Assembly (NCBI GenBank): GCA_963703955.1
Contig: CAVPGK010000017.1
Coordinates: 256,001 to 320,000, forward strand
DNA: 64,000 nt
From: Nitrospirota bacterium
GTDB lineage: Bacteria; Nitrospirota; Nitrospiria; Nitrospirales; Nitrospiraceae
Reading direction: 5' to 3'
Position 1 is the stretch's first letter. The number at the start of each line of letters is the position of its first letter. The notes beneath the pieces were generated by a model. It ran no database searches and was not told the origin of the DNA. It was given only the letters and a program-made list of their open reading frames with translations. This document shows, one piece after another, positions 24,142 to 32,955 of the stretch. Position numbers and translations under genes: made by a program.

Positions 24142-25916
24142 TACGATTCGACGTGGCTCTCAGCCTCGGTCTTGGCGGCCTTTTTCTTGGCGCTCGATTT
24201 GTTGCCATCGCGTGTTTCTGTATCGGGTGCCGGTTCGGAGGGAGCGGTCGAGAAGGTCGGCTTCTTGAAGATGTACCGGTCCGTGACGAACTGTTGGGTG
24301 ATGGTAATCACGTTGTTTGTGAGCCAATACAGCACCAGACCGGCGGGAAAGGTCAGGAACAAGACGGTCATGAAGGCCGGCAACATCAACATGACTTTCG
24401 CTTGTGTGGGATCCATCGTCGTCGGCATGATCTTCTGCTGCAGGACCATCGAGGCGCCCATGATAACGGGGAGGACGTAATACGGATCTTGGACGGACAG
24501 GTCGGTGATCCAGAGAACGAACGGCGCCTGTCTCAGATCAATCGTCATATACAGAATGTTGAACAGGGCCACGAACACCGGCATCTGCAACAGCATCGGG
24601 AGGCACCCGCCAACCGGGTTAACCTTGTGGTCCCGGTAGAGCTTGATTAGCTCCTTGTTCAACCGTTCGCGATCGTCCTTGTACTTGGATTGGAGCGCCG
24701 CCACCTTGGGTTGAACGGACTGCATGTCTTTCATCGACTTGTAGCTCTTGTACTGGAGGGGAACGAACAGCAATTTGATCGCGACGGTGAGCAGGATAAT
24801 GGCGATCCCGTAGTTGCGGGTATAGTCGTAAATAAACCGCAGGACTGAGAACAGCGGCTTGGCCACAGCTTTCACAATGCTCCAGCTACCGTAGATGAAC
24901 CAGCCGAAGTCGATGGTGTCTTCGAGGCCGAGGTTCAACGACTTGAGTGTGTCGAACTCCTTTGGCCCGGCATACAACTGCATCGATGCGTCCGATGTGG
25001 CGGATGGAGGAGCAAACCGTAGGGCAGCGGAGACCACCTTATCCGTCTCTTTTTTCACCACCGCGGCTGAGGCCCCCGCGGGGATCAGGACGGTCAGGAA
25101 GTATTTGTCCTGAAGCGCGACCCACTCCACGGAGCCTTTGCGTTCGATCTCGGAATCCGGCGTATTCTTCTCAAGCTTGCCGTCAACGATCGAAGCGGGT
25201 CCGATCAGGCCGATGAAGCCTTCACCCCATTCGACGATGCCGAAGTTGGTGCCCAGCGTTACGTCGTAGCTGCTTCCTAGACCCTCGGTCTTCACGGACA
25301 CGTCTACGAGGTAGCTGTGGTGGTGAAAGGTCAGTTCCTTCACCACTCGGATGCCTTTTTGAGGCGACTCGTACGTCAAAGTGATCGTGCCCGTAGGGTG
25401 TGCCGCATCGAGCGTCGCGAAATTGCGCTGAGTCTTGTACAGACCTTCATTCACTTGTGCGGTGACGGATGAGTCTACCGATCGAATGGAAAGGGGATTG
25501 GGGAATTTGCCTCCGGCGTATTTCAATTGGATCGGCTCGGGATCCCGGCCGGAAGTCATGTATCGCTTCAATTGCCAACTCGTGATGGCCGCGCCGCGGT
25601 TCGTGATCACAGTCCGATAGAGATCGGTGTCAACCACCTGGGTCTCCTCGTCAGTGGAGGATTGCACGGTTTCTGCGGGGGGCTGTTCCTTCGGCTTGTT
25701 TGGCTGTGGACTCGGAGCCGATGGCTCGACCGTCCTACTGGATGACTGCGGGGGAGCGGATTCAGGACCGGCCGATGGCGTCTCGCGCACGGAACCGGGG
25801 GCCGGCGCGTCAGATTGGCTCGGCGGGGAGATAATTCCCATCTGTTTCAACAGGTAGTCATACCCGAAAATGATCGCCAGGGACAGGATCAGGAAGAGAA
25901 TAACCCGCTTTTCCAT
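24141..25916 (-). CDS. yidC: Membrane protein insertase
   Basis: YAGPK, NYGIAIILLT, NPVGGCLPMLLQMPVF, WITDLS. Confidence 0.96.
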   Translation of the reverse strand: MEKRVILFLILSLAIIFGYDYLLKQMGIISPPSQSDAPAPGSVRETPSAGPESAPPQSSSRTVEPSAPSPQPNKPKEQPPAETVQSSTDEETQVVDTDLYRTVITNRGAAITSWQLKRYMTSGRDPEPIQLKYAGGKFPNPLSIRSVDSSVTAQVNEGLYKTQRNFATLDAAHPTGTITLTYESPQKGIRVVKELTFHHHSYLVDVSVKTEGLGSSYDVTLGTNFGIVEWGEGFIGLIGPASIVDGKLEKNTPDSEIERKGSVEWVALQDKYFLTVLIPAGASAAVVKKETDKVVSAALRFAPPSATSDASMQLYAGPKEFDTLKSLNLGLEDTIDFGWFIYGSWSIVKAVAKPLFSVLRFIYDYTRNYGIAIILLTVAIKLLFVPLQYKSYKSMKDMQSVQPKVAALQSKYKDDRERLNKELIKLYRDHKVNPVGGCLPMLLQMPVFVALFNILYMTIDLRQAPFVLWITDLSVQDPYYVLPVIMGASMVLQQKIMPTTMDPTQAKVMLMLPAFMTVLFLTFPAGLVLYWLTNNVITITQQFVTDRYIFKKPTFSTAPSEPAPDTETRDGNKSSAKKKAAKTEAESHVES

Positions 25917-26037
25917 CAACGCAACGACTCCTCGGTGTCAACGGCCCATGATCAGCGGTCGGCAGGAAATGGAACGGCAAGAGATCGTCATTGGGTTTCT
26001 GCAATTGCTGGTCGCCGGCTGATTGCTGGCGCCAGTC

Positions 26038-26247
26038 CTATTTGACGGGGTCAAGGCCACCGGGGTGGAATGGATGACATTTCAATACGCGAAGGATGGT
26101 CCGCGGCAGCCCGAGAATCACTCCGTGTCGGCGAATCGCCTCTATGGCGTACTGAGAGCAGGTAGGTTCAAAACGACAGGCGGGAGGAAGCAGCGGCGAG
26201 ACCCATCGCCGGTACTGTGCGATACATCCTATGCAGATTCGTTGCAT
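26038..26247 (-). CDS. yidD: Membrane protein insertion efficiency factor
   Basis: [26 protein letters not shown]. Confidence 0.93.
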   Translation of the reverse strand: MQRICIGCIAQYRRWVSPLLPPACRFEPTCSQYAIEAIRRHGVILGLPRTILRVLKCHPFHPGGLDPVK

Positions 26248-26612
26248 CGAAGATCCGATAGAGACATCAATAATCCTTCTTGTTTCAGCGCTGCAACCCA
26301 GGCGTCCCGGAGCCGAGAATGCCGAACGGTAAGCGCCTCTCGTCTGGGAAAGATCAAGACATCATGCCCCGCGAGGAACTGATTTCCCGTCTGCCGCGCG
26401 AGTTCCCTGAAAATACGCTTCGCCCGATTTCTCACGACCGCACCGCCAAATCGCTTCCCGACGATGACCCCTACTCGAGTCTGGTGGAACCCCGACGCAG
26501 AGGAGACAAGATTGAACAGCGGAGTTGGGAGTCGACGTCCGCATTTCTTCACCCGTTCGATGTCGGCGCTGTTTCGCAGGAAGTGAGGGCGGCGTGCAGG
26601 CAGACCGGGCAT
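26229..26612 (-). CDS. rnpA: Ribonuclease P protein component
   Basis: [21 protein letters not shown] motif, likely start at 26612. Confidence 0.9.
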   Translation of the reverse strand: MPGLPARRPHFLRNSADIERVKKCGRRLPTPLFNLVSSASGFHQTRVGVIVGKRFGGAVVRNRAKRIFRELARQTGNQFLAGHDVLIFPRREALTVRHSRLRDAWVAALKQEGLLMSLSDLRCNESA

Positions 26613-26632
26613 GAATACAGCGGGGCGGCTAG

Positions 26633-26770
26633 TTATACGGTCAGTCGAGCCCGACCTTTTGCCCGTCGACGGGCCAAAACCTTCCGACCATTCTTGGTGC
26701 TCATGCGCTTGCGGAATCCATGATCTCTTTTGCGTTTGAGATTGGACGGCTGTCTGAACGTGGCTGACAT
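26633..26770 (-). CDS. rpmH: 50S ribosomal protein L34 (absent from the ORF track)
   Basis: Hand translation [45 protein letters not shown]. Confidence 0.97.
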   Translation of the reverse strand: MSATFRQPSNLKRKRDHGFRKRMSTKNGRKVLARRRAKGRARLTV

Positions 26771-26804
26771 CTCGTACTCCCTTCCCTACCTGATAAAGAT
26801 TGAT

Positions 26805-26833
26805 ATTATAGGGATGGCCCGGCGAGCTGTCAA
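26805..26833 (-). promoter_or_regulatory. Consensus sigma70 promoter of the rpmH operon
   Basis: Minus strand reads TTGACA-N17-TATAAT exactly. Confidence 0.9.
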
Positions 26834-27110
26834 TCACGGGCCTGCATCCATCCGGATGACGTTGGCCCTTCGAGGCGGGAGCCGACCTCTTAGCCGCTAG
26901 TCTTTGATCCAGAACACAGCCCGCTGACTATGCGGCTGTGTCCTCCCTGGTCTTTGGCGTTCTCGAAAAGCTCCGTTAATAATGGGGGCATGAGGCGCTT
27001 TTGCCTGTGACTGAGCTATTCGGCCTCATCGTCTGGTCGTGCGCAGTTGACTCACCGTCATCAGGAAATGCAAGTCATGTGATTATCTTCGTTTTGAGTC
27101 AAGTGAAGCA

Positions 27111-27126
27111 TGGCACCTCGTTTGCT
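27111..27126 (+). promoter_or_regulatory. Sigma54 (-24/-12) promoter
   Basis: TGGCAC-CTCGT-TTGCT with exact GG-N10-GC spacing, 75 nt upstream of the ATG at 27201. Confidence 0.75.
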
Positions 27127-27200
27127 GACACTTATCCATGTGCAGTGTCGCCTCACCGTTGCTTGGGGCGAACTTTCTTGATGGAAGGAGGTGAGGGAGG

Positions 27201-27374
27201 ATGAGAAAGACACTTATGGCTGTGATGGCTCTGGTCATCGGACTGACATTCGGCTTAGCGACCTATGCCAAGGCCGATGAGAAAAAGCCGGCGCCGACCG
27301 CGACTGAGAAGAAGGACGAGAAGAAGGCCGGGAGCGCTGAGAAAAAGGAAACTAAGAAGCCTGAAAAGAAGTAA
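27201..27374 (+). CDS. 57-aa secreted Lys/Glu-rich small protein (absent from the ORF track)
   Basis: MRKTLMAVMALVIGLTFGLATYAKA|DEKKPAPTATEKKDEKKAGSAEKKETKKPEKK, with strong SD, signal peptide and a downstream hairpin. Confidence 0.85.
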   Translation: MRKTLMAVMALVIGLTFGLATYAKADEKKPAPTATEKKDEKKAGSAEKKETKKPEKK

Positions 27375-27386
27375 CGGTAGCATAGT

Positions 27387-27438
27387 AAAGAGACCGGCCC
27401 CTTCGGATTCTCCCAAACGAAGGGCGCCGGGTCTCTTT
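27387..27438 (+). terminator. Intrinsic terminator-like hairpin
   Basis: AAAGAGACCGGCCCCTTCG ... CGAAGGGCGCCGGGTCTCTTT. Confidence 0.65.
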
Positions 27439-27503
27439 GTCTGCTCAGCGCCAATGGCTACCTCGATCATTTGGTGCCAAAATCCCATCAGGAGGAACAT
27501 TCG

Positions 27504-28115
27504 ATGAATCGATTAGCGATTGTTGCGCTGATCCCGATTGTGATAGTCATCGTTGCCGGATGCGCCAAAGCCCCAGCGGAGAAGCTTTCGTCCGCTGAAG
27601 CGGCCGTTGACCAGGCCAAGACAGCCGGCGCTCCTACGTATATGGCCGAGGATTTTGCTAAACTACAAACCATGCTGACCTCGGCGAAAAATGAAATCGC
27701 GGAGCAGGATGGCAAGTTCGGGTTCCTCCGCGATTATGAAAAGTCCGAACAATTGCTGACCGCCCTCCAAGCTGATGCGACCCGCGTTGCCGTGGAAACG
27801 ACTAAGAAGAAGGACGAAGCGAAAGCGTCCGCCGTCCAGGCCCAGCAAGCCGCTCAAGAGTCGGTCAAGAAAGCTCAGGATCTTGTCGCGATGGCCCCGG
27901 TCGGGAAAGATCGGGCGGCATTGCATGAGATCAAAGCTGATGTAGACGGCCTCGCGGCGTCGGTGAGCGAAGTGCAATCGGCGATGGATGCCGGTGATTT
28001 CAAGGCGGCCCAGGCCAAGGCTCACGCTATCCAGGACAAGAGTCAGCAGGTCTCAGCGGAGATCGAAAGTGCGTTGGCCAAAGTGCAGAAGGCCAAACCG
28101 GGAAAGAAAAAATAG
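27504..28115 (+). CDS. Ala/Lys/Gln-rich coiled-coil lipoprotein (DUF4398-like)
   Basis: Lipobox IVAGC, helical heptad-like body, C-terminus KAKPGKKK, SD AGGAGG. Confidence 0.8.
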   Translation: MNRLAIVALIPIVIVIVAGCAKAPAEKLSSAEAAVDQAKTAGAPTYMAEDFAKLQTMLTSAKNEIAEQDGKFGFLRDYEKSEQLLTALQADATRVAVETTKKKDEAKASAVQAQQAAQESVKKAQDLVAMAPVGKDRAALHEIKADVDGLAASVSEVQSAMDAGDFKAAQAKAHAIQDKSQQVSAEIESALAKVQKAKPGKKK

Positions 28116-28120
28116 CCACC

Positions 28121-29257
28121 ATGACCGTGTTCCCCTCTTACCTCCGCCTCGTCTCTGCCACCATTGTGCTGGTCGGAAGCCTGTCCGCGTGCGTGCAAAA
28201 GGCCCCGCCGGATCTCCTTGAGGCCATCGACTCCTTGGACCGCCGGCTTGTGGAGATTAAGAGCGCGGAATTCGCGCCGGAGGAGTACGCCAGCTTTGTC
28301 AAGCATTGGGTGGCAATGAAGGGACGTCTCCTGGCCGAGGAGGATGTCGTCCGGTGGCCCTGGGAACCCAACCAATTGGTCGCAGATCTCCGGAGGGTTC
28401 GGGAGGAAGGCGAGAAAGCTCTTGCGGAATCTCTCCAGCGACGAGACGCCGAGCGACTGACCGTGGAATCGCGCCTGGCCATGGTGGAAGGACGATTCCG
28501 TCTGTTCACCGGCCATGTCCAAGGTATGGGGAGTCGCGCAGTTCTCGGCAGGCGGCCGATCGAGACGGAGCTGCTGGTGCGCCAGGCCCGGTCCTTCTTT
28601 GAGCAGGGGCTTTTTTCTCGATCAGACTCCAGCGTTCGACGGGCTTCGAGGCTGATGGATGATCAAGCCGCCATTCTGACGAGCGAGTTGGGTCACTACG
28701 CCAATGAACGCAAGGTCCAAGCCTGGCGTCAAATGGCGCATCGCACTGTGGAATGGTCGCGAGTGAATCGCGCCTCCGCGATCGTCGTGAGTAAAGCCGA
28801 CCGGCGTCTCATGCTTTACAGGAACGGGCGTCAGGTCATGTCCTATCCGGTGCGGTTGGGCTACAATGGCATTCTGGAGAAGCGCTATCAAGGCGACGGA
28901 GCGACACCCGAAGGTCACTACCGTGTGATTCGGAAGCGGGACCGAGGACAGACGCAATTCTACCGGGCGTTCCTGCTGGATTATCCGAACGGGGAGGATC
29001 GCCGGCGCTTCCATCAAGCTCAACGCAGAGGCATGATCCCGCAAGAGGCGTTCATCGGTGGCCAGATTGAAATTCACGGCAGCGACGATGAGGTCTTGAG
29101 CAAGACACTCGGGTGTATTATGCTCGACAACCAGCAGATCGATGCGTTGTTTAAGGATGTCGACGTGGGGACCCCCGTCACGATCGTTGGGGCGATTCAA
29201 CGGACCAACTCCATCTCTCTGGCGTTGGCGGAACTGGAGAGGTCCGAAGAAGGTTAG
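28121..29257 (+). CDS. Lipoprotein L,D-transpeptidase (YkuD domain)
   Basis: Lipobox LSAC, helical N-domain, GDGATPEG, IEIHG...TLGCI. Confidence 0.88.
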   Translation: MTVFPSYLRLVSATIVLVGSLSACVQKAPPDLLEAIDSLDRRLVEIKSAEFAPEEYASFVKHWVAMKGRLLAEEDVVRWPWEPNQLVADLRRVREEGEKALAESLQRRDAERLTVESRLAMVEGRFRLFTGHVQGMGSRAVLGRRPIETELLVRQARSFFEQGLFSRSDSSVRRASRLMDDQAAILTSELGHYANERKVQAWRQMAHRTVEWSRVNRASAIVVSKADRRLMLYRNGRQVMSYPVRLGYNGILEKRYQGDGATPEGHYRVIRKRDRGQTQFYRAFLLDYPNGEDRRRFHQAQRRGMIPQEAFIGGQIEIHGSDDEVLSKTLGCIMLDNQQIDALFKDVDVGTPVTIVGAIQRTNSISLALAELERSEEG

Positions 29258-29908
29258 TTGACCGTGCAGGACCTCGTTGCCTCTCAACGAAGAATTGCCT
29301 GCCTTCTCTTTCTTCTCCTCGGATTTCCGTGGTTCCCCGCCTGCGAGTTCGGAGGCTCAGGAGCCGATGTCGGTGCGGAGGTCTCTGAACGCACCGATCA
29401 GAACATCGAGAGCCTGCGCACCAGGCATGCTGCACTCAAGCGCCAGCTGGCCCAGCAGGCGCCCTCCGGCCATTACATCATCGTCGACACGGCGCGCAAT
29501 CGCCTTTACGTCAAACGTCGGCAAGACACACTTCTTGATGCGTTGGCCTCAACAGGGAGCGGCACGATCCTTGACAAACCCGATGAGCCTGGGGTGCGCT
29601 GGGTGTTCGATACGCCGCGCGGCGAGTTCACCATTCAGTCTCGGCTGACGAATCCGGTCTGGGTGAAGCCCGACTGGGTCTTTGTTGAAGAAGGGCTCAG
29701 GGTGCCGACCGATCCCACCGAGCGGGTTGAGTCTGGGATTCTTGGTGACTATGCCCTCGGGTTTGGCAAAGGCTATTTCATCCATGGGACGCTGTATCTC
29801 CGGTTGCTGGGGAAGAATGTGACGCACGGTTGCATTCGTCTGAACGACGATGATCTCCGATCAGTTTACAAACTTGCCAAGGTCGGCACGCCCGTCATGA
29901 TCTTTTGA
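29258..29908 (+). CDS. L,D-transpeptidase (YkuD domain)
   Basis: IVDTARNRLY, TPRG, FIHGT...THGCIRL, VGTPVMIF. Confidence 0.9.
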   Translation: MTVQDLVASQRRIACLLFLLLGFPWFPACEFGGSGADVGAEVSERTDQNIESLRTRHAALKRQLAQQAPSGHYIIVDTARNRLYVKRRQDTLLDALASTGSGTILDKPDEPGVRWVFDTPRGEFTIQSRLTNPVWVKPDWVFVEEGLRVPTDPTERVESGILGDYALGFGKGYFIHGTLYLRLLGKNVTHGCIRLNDDDLRSVYKLAKVGTPVMIF

Positions 29909-29914
29909 TCCCAA

Positions 29915-30607
29915 GTGAACACACGCGATCCGCGGCCCGTTTACCCTCGCCTATTCCGTGATGCTTCCTCAAACTCCCAGTATTGGTCTTTGTGCCTCTT
30001 CCTTCTTGCGGCAATTGTGTCGGCTGTGTCCGTGAGCGCTTCCTCTCACAATGAGAGCTGGGACGATTCCCGTTCGCTAGCAGAAGCGAATCGGCTGCTG
30101 GAAGAGGAAATCAAGCTTGCCGCGCGTCCTCAGATCTATTTGGTGATCGATCTGTCCCAAAACGTAATCCTGGTCAAGGGACGAGGCGTCGAGCTGTACC
30201 GACTCCCGATCACGTCGTGGCGCCTCTCAAAAGACGCATCGGTGGCGGGAGTCCTTCGTCTGCAGGCGAGGCCCCGGCTCATTCGGCCAAAGGCCACCCC
30301 GGTTGAGGATACTCCAGCGGTCATTGAGCTCAAGGACATGCCGCAAGCGTACGATCTCCTGTTCCAACCGCCCCTGACCATTGTCGTTGCGCCGCTTGCT
30401 CAAGAAGAGCTATGGCTCTGGGCCAAGAGCCGGATTCGAGAATGGTGGGAACGTTTGACGCTTGCCGCGGGCTTTGCTTCAGACCGCGAAAGCATCGCTG
30501 GTCCACGCCTCCGCCTCACCCTCTCACAGGATGCTGCCAGGTCACTCGCTTGGGTGGTGACTGATGGGATGGCGTTGATCATCACACAACCCACGCAACG
30601 GAATTAA
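29915..30607 (+). CDS. Exported degenerate YkuD-like protein lacking the catalytic His/Cys
   Basis: YLVIDLSQNVILVK start and LTLSQDAARSL..VTDGMALII end resemble YkuD strands, but there is no HG..GC. Confidence 0.55.
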   Translation: MNTRDPRPVYPRLFRDASSNSQYWSLCLFLLAAIVSAVSVSASSHNESWDDSRSLAEANRLLEEEIKLAARPQIYLVIDLSQNVILVKGRGVELYRLPITSWRLSKDASVAGVLRLQARPRLIRPKATPVEDTPAVIELKDMPQAYDLLFQPPLTIVVAPLAQEELWLWAKSRIREWWERLTLAAGFASDRESIAGPRLRLTLSQDAARSLAWVVTDGMALIITQPTQRN

Positions 30608-30699
30608 CCTCCACCCGATTGCCTTTTTGCGCGCAGCCAGCCTAAGATACAAACCAAACCTGCCTGTCCTCAATAAACCCTCAATTGTAGGGACGAAAC

Positions 30700-30969
30700 A
30701 TGGCCCAGTCTGTCGTAAGTGCGAAACTTGGCCCTTTTCGAAAGCGTGTCGATTCTGTCCTGGCCGATATGGCGCAGAAGCGAATCGCCGCTCGCCTGTG
30801 GGCTAAGGACCATCGTCTCTGGAAGCCCCTCGAAGCGCACCAGCGCCCGGTAGTGCGTGTTCAGCTAGCCCGGAACACCGCCTCGAGCATCAAGACACTG
30901 ATCACCAACACGACACAGGGCAGGCGTCGCGCGTTGCGCACGTCACGGACCAGCCGGCGGAAGCGATAA
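30700..30969 (+). pseudogene. Internally deleted remnant of a Tal/Pgi-type glucose-6-phosphate isomerase
   Basis: N-terminal-like RLWAKDHRLWK is joined directly to C-terminal-like LEAHQRPVVRVQL, and the gene heads the pgl-glk-rpiA run. Confidence 0.6.
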
Positions 30970-31748
30970 TGGGCGCGGCACTCGAACGTCACATCCTGCG
31001 AGATGACAAGGAAGTGGCGCATGAGGCGGCCGAGTTCGTCGTGTGGCTGGCTGAGCAAACCATCAAAGCCGGTAACATATTTCGGGTGGCTCTATCCGGC
31101 GGATCGACGCCCAGGCAACTGTATGAGACGCTGTCTGGTCCGGTCTTTCGCAAACAGGTGGAGTGGTCGTCCGCCGAGTTCTATTTCAGCGACGAACGCT
31201 GTGTGCCGCCCTCGCATCCCGACAGCAACTTCCGAATGGCCCAGGAGGCCCTGTTCGGACCTCTGGGTATCGCTCCCGATCGGGTCTTTCGTATGCCTGG
31301 TGAGGCCGAGGACCCTGATGCGGCCGCTCGACGCTATGAATCCATGATTCGTCAACAGTTCAATACCCCCACCCCGGCATGGCCGAGATTTCATCTGATT
31401 CTTCTTGGATTGGGAGAGGATGGCCATACGGCTTCTCTGTTTCCCGGCGCACCGGCTCTCCGCGAAGGGAGTCGCGCGATCGTACCCACGCAGTCACCGA
31501 AGGGCGTCCCGAATCGACTCACCTTTACCTTGCCGCTCATCAACCAAGCGGCCACGACTGTGTTCGAGGTGACCGGCACGCAGAAGGCCCGGATGGTCAA
31601 AGCGGTTCTGGAGGAGCGCGGAGCGGCGGCGCCCTATCCCGCGCAACTGGTCCGCCCGGTAAACGGAAGACTGATCTGGTTCCTTGATCGCCAGGCCGCG
31701 TCAGAGCTAGCGCCTGAGAAACAACAAATGACCTATGAAGAGGAATAA
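30969..31748 (+). CDS. pgl: 6-phosphogluconolactonase
   Basis: LSGGSTP, DERCVP, LGLGEDGHTASLFP. Confidence 0.93.
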   Translation: MGAALERHILRDDKEVAHEAAEFVVWLAEQTIKAGNIFRVALSGGSTPRQLYETLSGPVFRKQVEWSSAEFYFSDERCVPPSHPDSNFRMAQEALFGPLGIAPDRVFRMPGEAEDPDAAARRYESMIRQQFNTPTPAWPRFHLILLGLGEDGHTASLFPGAPALREGSRAIVPTQSPKGVPNRLTFTLPLINQAATTVFEVTGTQKARMVKAVLEERGAAAPYPAQLVRPVNGRLIWFLDRQAASELAPEKQQMTYEEE

Positions 31749-32810
31749 ATGATTCTCGCTGGAGATATCGGAGGAACCAAGACTCATCTCGCCTTATTCG
31801 ACTGGAACGAGCGGGTCGAGCCGGTTCGGCAGCGCACGTTCGCCAGCGGGGACTATCAGTCCTTTGAAGAAATCCTCGATGAATTCTTAAAGCTTCCTCC
31901 CCAACCGGCCAAAGAACCTTCGGCCGATGAGGCCGCCGAGCCTGTTGCAGACGCAAGCCTCCCGCAAGAGCCGGTCAAGATCGAGGCCGCCTGCTTCGGC
32001 GTAGCCGGACCGGTCATCGAAGGTCGCGTTCGCACGACCAATCTCCCCTGGATCGTCGACGGAAACGAATTGGCCAAGCGTTTCGAGATCAAGACCGTCC
32101 GGCTGCTCAACGATTTGGAATCGACTGCCCATGGTCTGTTGGTATTACGGCCCGATGAGGCGGCCTCGCTCAACGCGGGAACTCCGGTTTCCGACAAACG
32201 GGCGTTGGCTCTCATCGCCGCGGGCACTGGCCTCGGTGAAGCGATTCTCATGTGGGACGGTGAGCGCTATCGTCCCCTCTCGTCGGAAGGAGGCCATACC
32301 GACTTTGCACCGACCAGCGATCTTGAGATCGAATTGCTCCGATACCTGCGCGCCAGCTATCTCCATGTGAGCTATGAACGAGTCTTATCCGGGGCCGGCC
32401 TGTATGCGATCTATGAATTCCTCCGAGACACGAAGAAGAATGAGCCCACCTGGCTGGCGGAACGCTTAAAGGTCGGTGATCCCGCTCCCATCATCGCGGA
32501 GGTCGGGCTGGCGAAGCAGGCGGAAATCTGTGTTCAAGCGCTGGATCTCTTCGCCTCGATCTACGGCGCCGAAGCGGGAAACCTGGCGCTCAAAGCGATG
32601 GCCCTCGACGGGGTGTATCTCGGGGGAGGCATCGCGCCCAAGCTCCTATCAAAGCTGCAGGACGGCACATTCATGCGGGCGTTTACCAACAAGGGACGCT
32701 ACAAGCGCTTGATGAGTTCGATTCCGGTTCGTGTCATCATGAACGATAGGGCCGGGTTGTTAGGAGCGGCGTCGGTGGCGGCGAGGTTAGCTCGCGAAAC
32801 AGACCGCTAA
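31749..32810 (+). CDS. glk: Glucokinase
   Basis: LAGDIGGTKT, GVAGP, LLND, GTGLG, SEGGH, GGIAPK. Confidence 0.93.
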   Translation: MILAGDIGGTKTHLALFDWNERVEPVRQRTFASGDYQSFEEILDEFLKLPPQPAKEPSADEAAEPVADASLPQEPVKIEAACFGVAGPVIEGRVRTTNLPWIVDGNELAKRFEIKTVRLLNDLESTAHGLLVLRPDEAASLNAGTPVSDKRALALIAAGTGLGEAILMWDGERYRPLSSEGGHTDFAPTSDLEIELLRYLRASYLHVSYERVLSGAGLYAIYEFLRDTKKNEPTWLAERLKVGDPAPIIAEVGLAKQAEICVQALDLFASIYGAEAGNLALKAMALDGVYLGGGIAPKLLSKLQDGTFMRAFTNKGRYKRLMSSIPVRVIMNDRAGLLGAASVAARLARETDR

Positions 32811-32919
32811 AAAGCCCTCCAGCGGCGTTCTCAGTCGCGAGCCCCCTCAACGTACTCATGCTGTACGCCTCGGGGTCCTCGCTCCTTGCGGCCTTGCTGG
32901 CGGCCTTTTTGAGCGGTCT
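32801..32919. repeat. About 120-bp dispersed palindromic (MITE/REP-like) element, copy 2
   Basis: Terminal inverted repeats AGACCGCT..CCAGC / GCTGG..AGCGGTCT, and shares TCTCAGTCGCGAGCCC and GTCCTCGCTCCTTGCGG with 14401..14523. Confidence 0.85.
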
Positions 32920-32955
32920 CTAGGCTAAACAGTTTTTGATGCGTTGGTGTTGTAC

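Noticed and set aside
27132..27140. DnaA box-like TTATCCATG
   Set aside because: Single site with two mismatches and no cluster or AT-rich unwinding region
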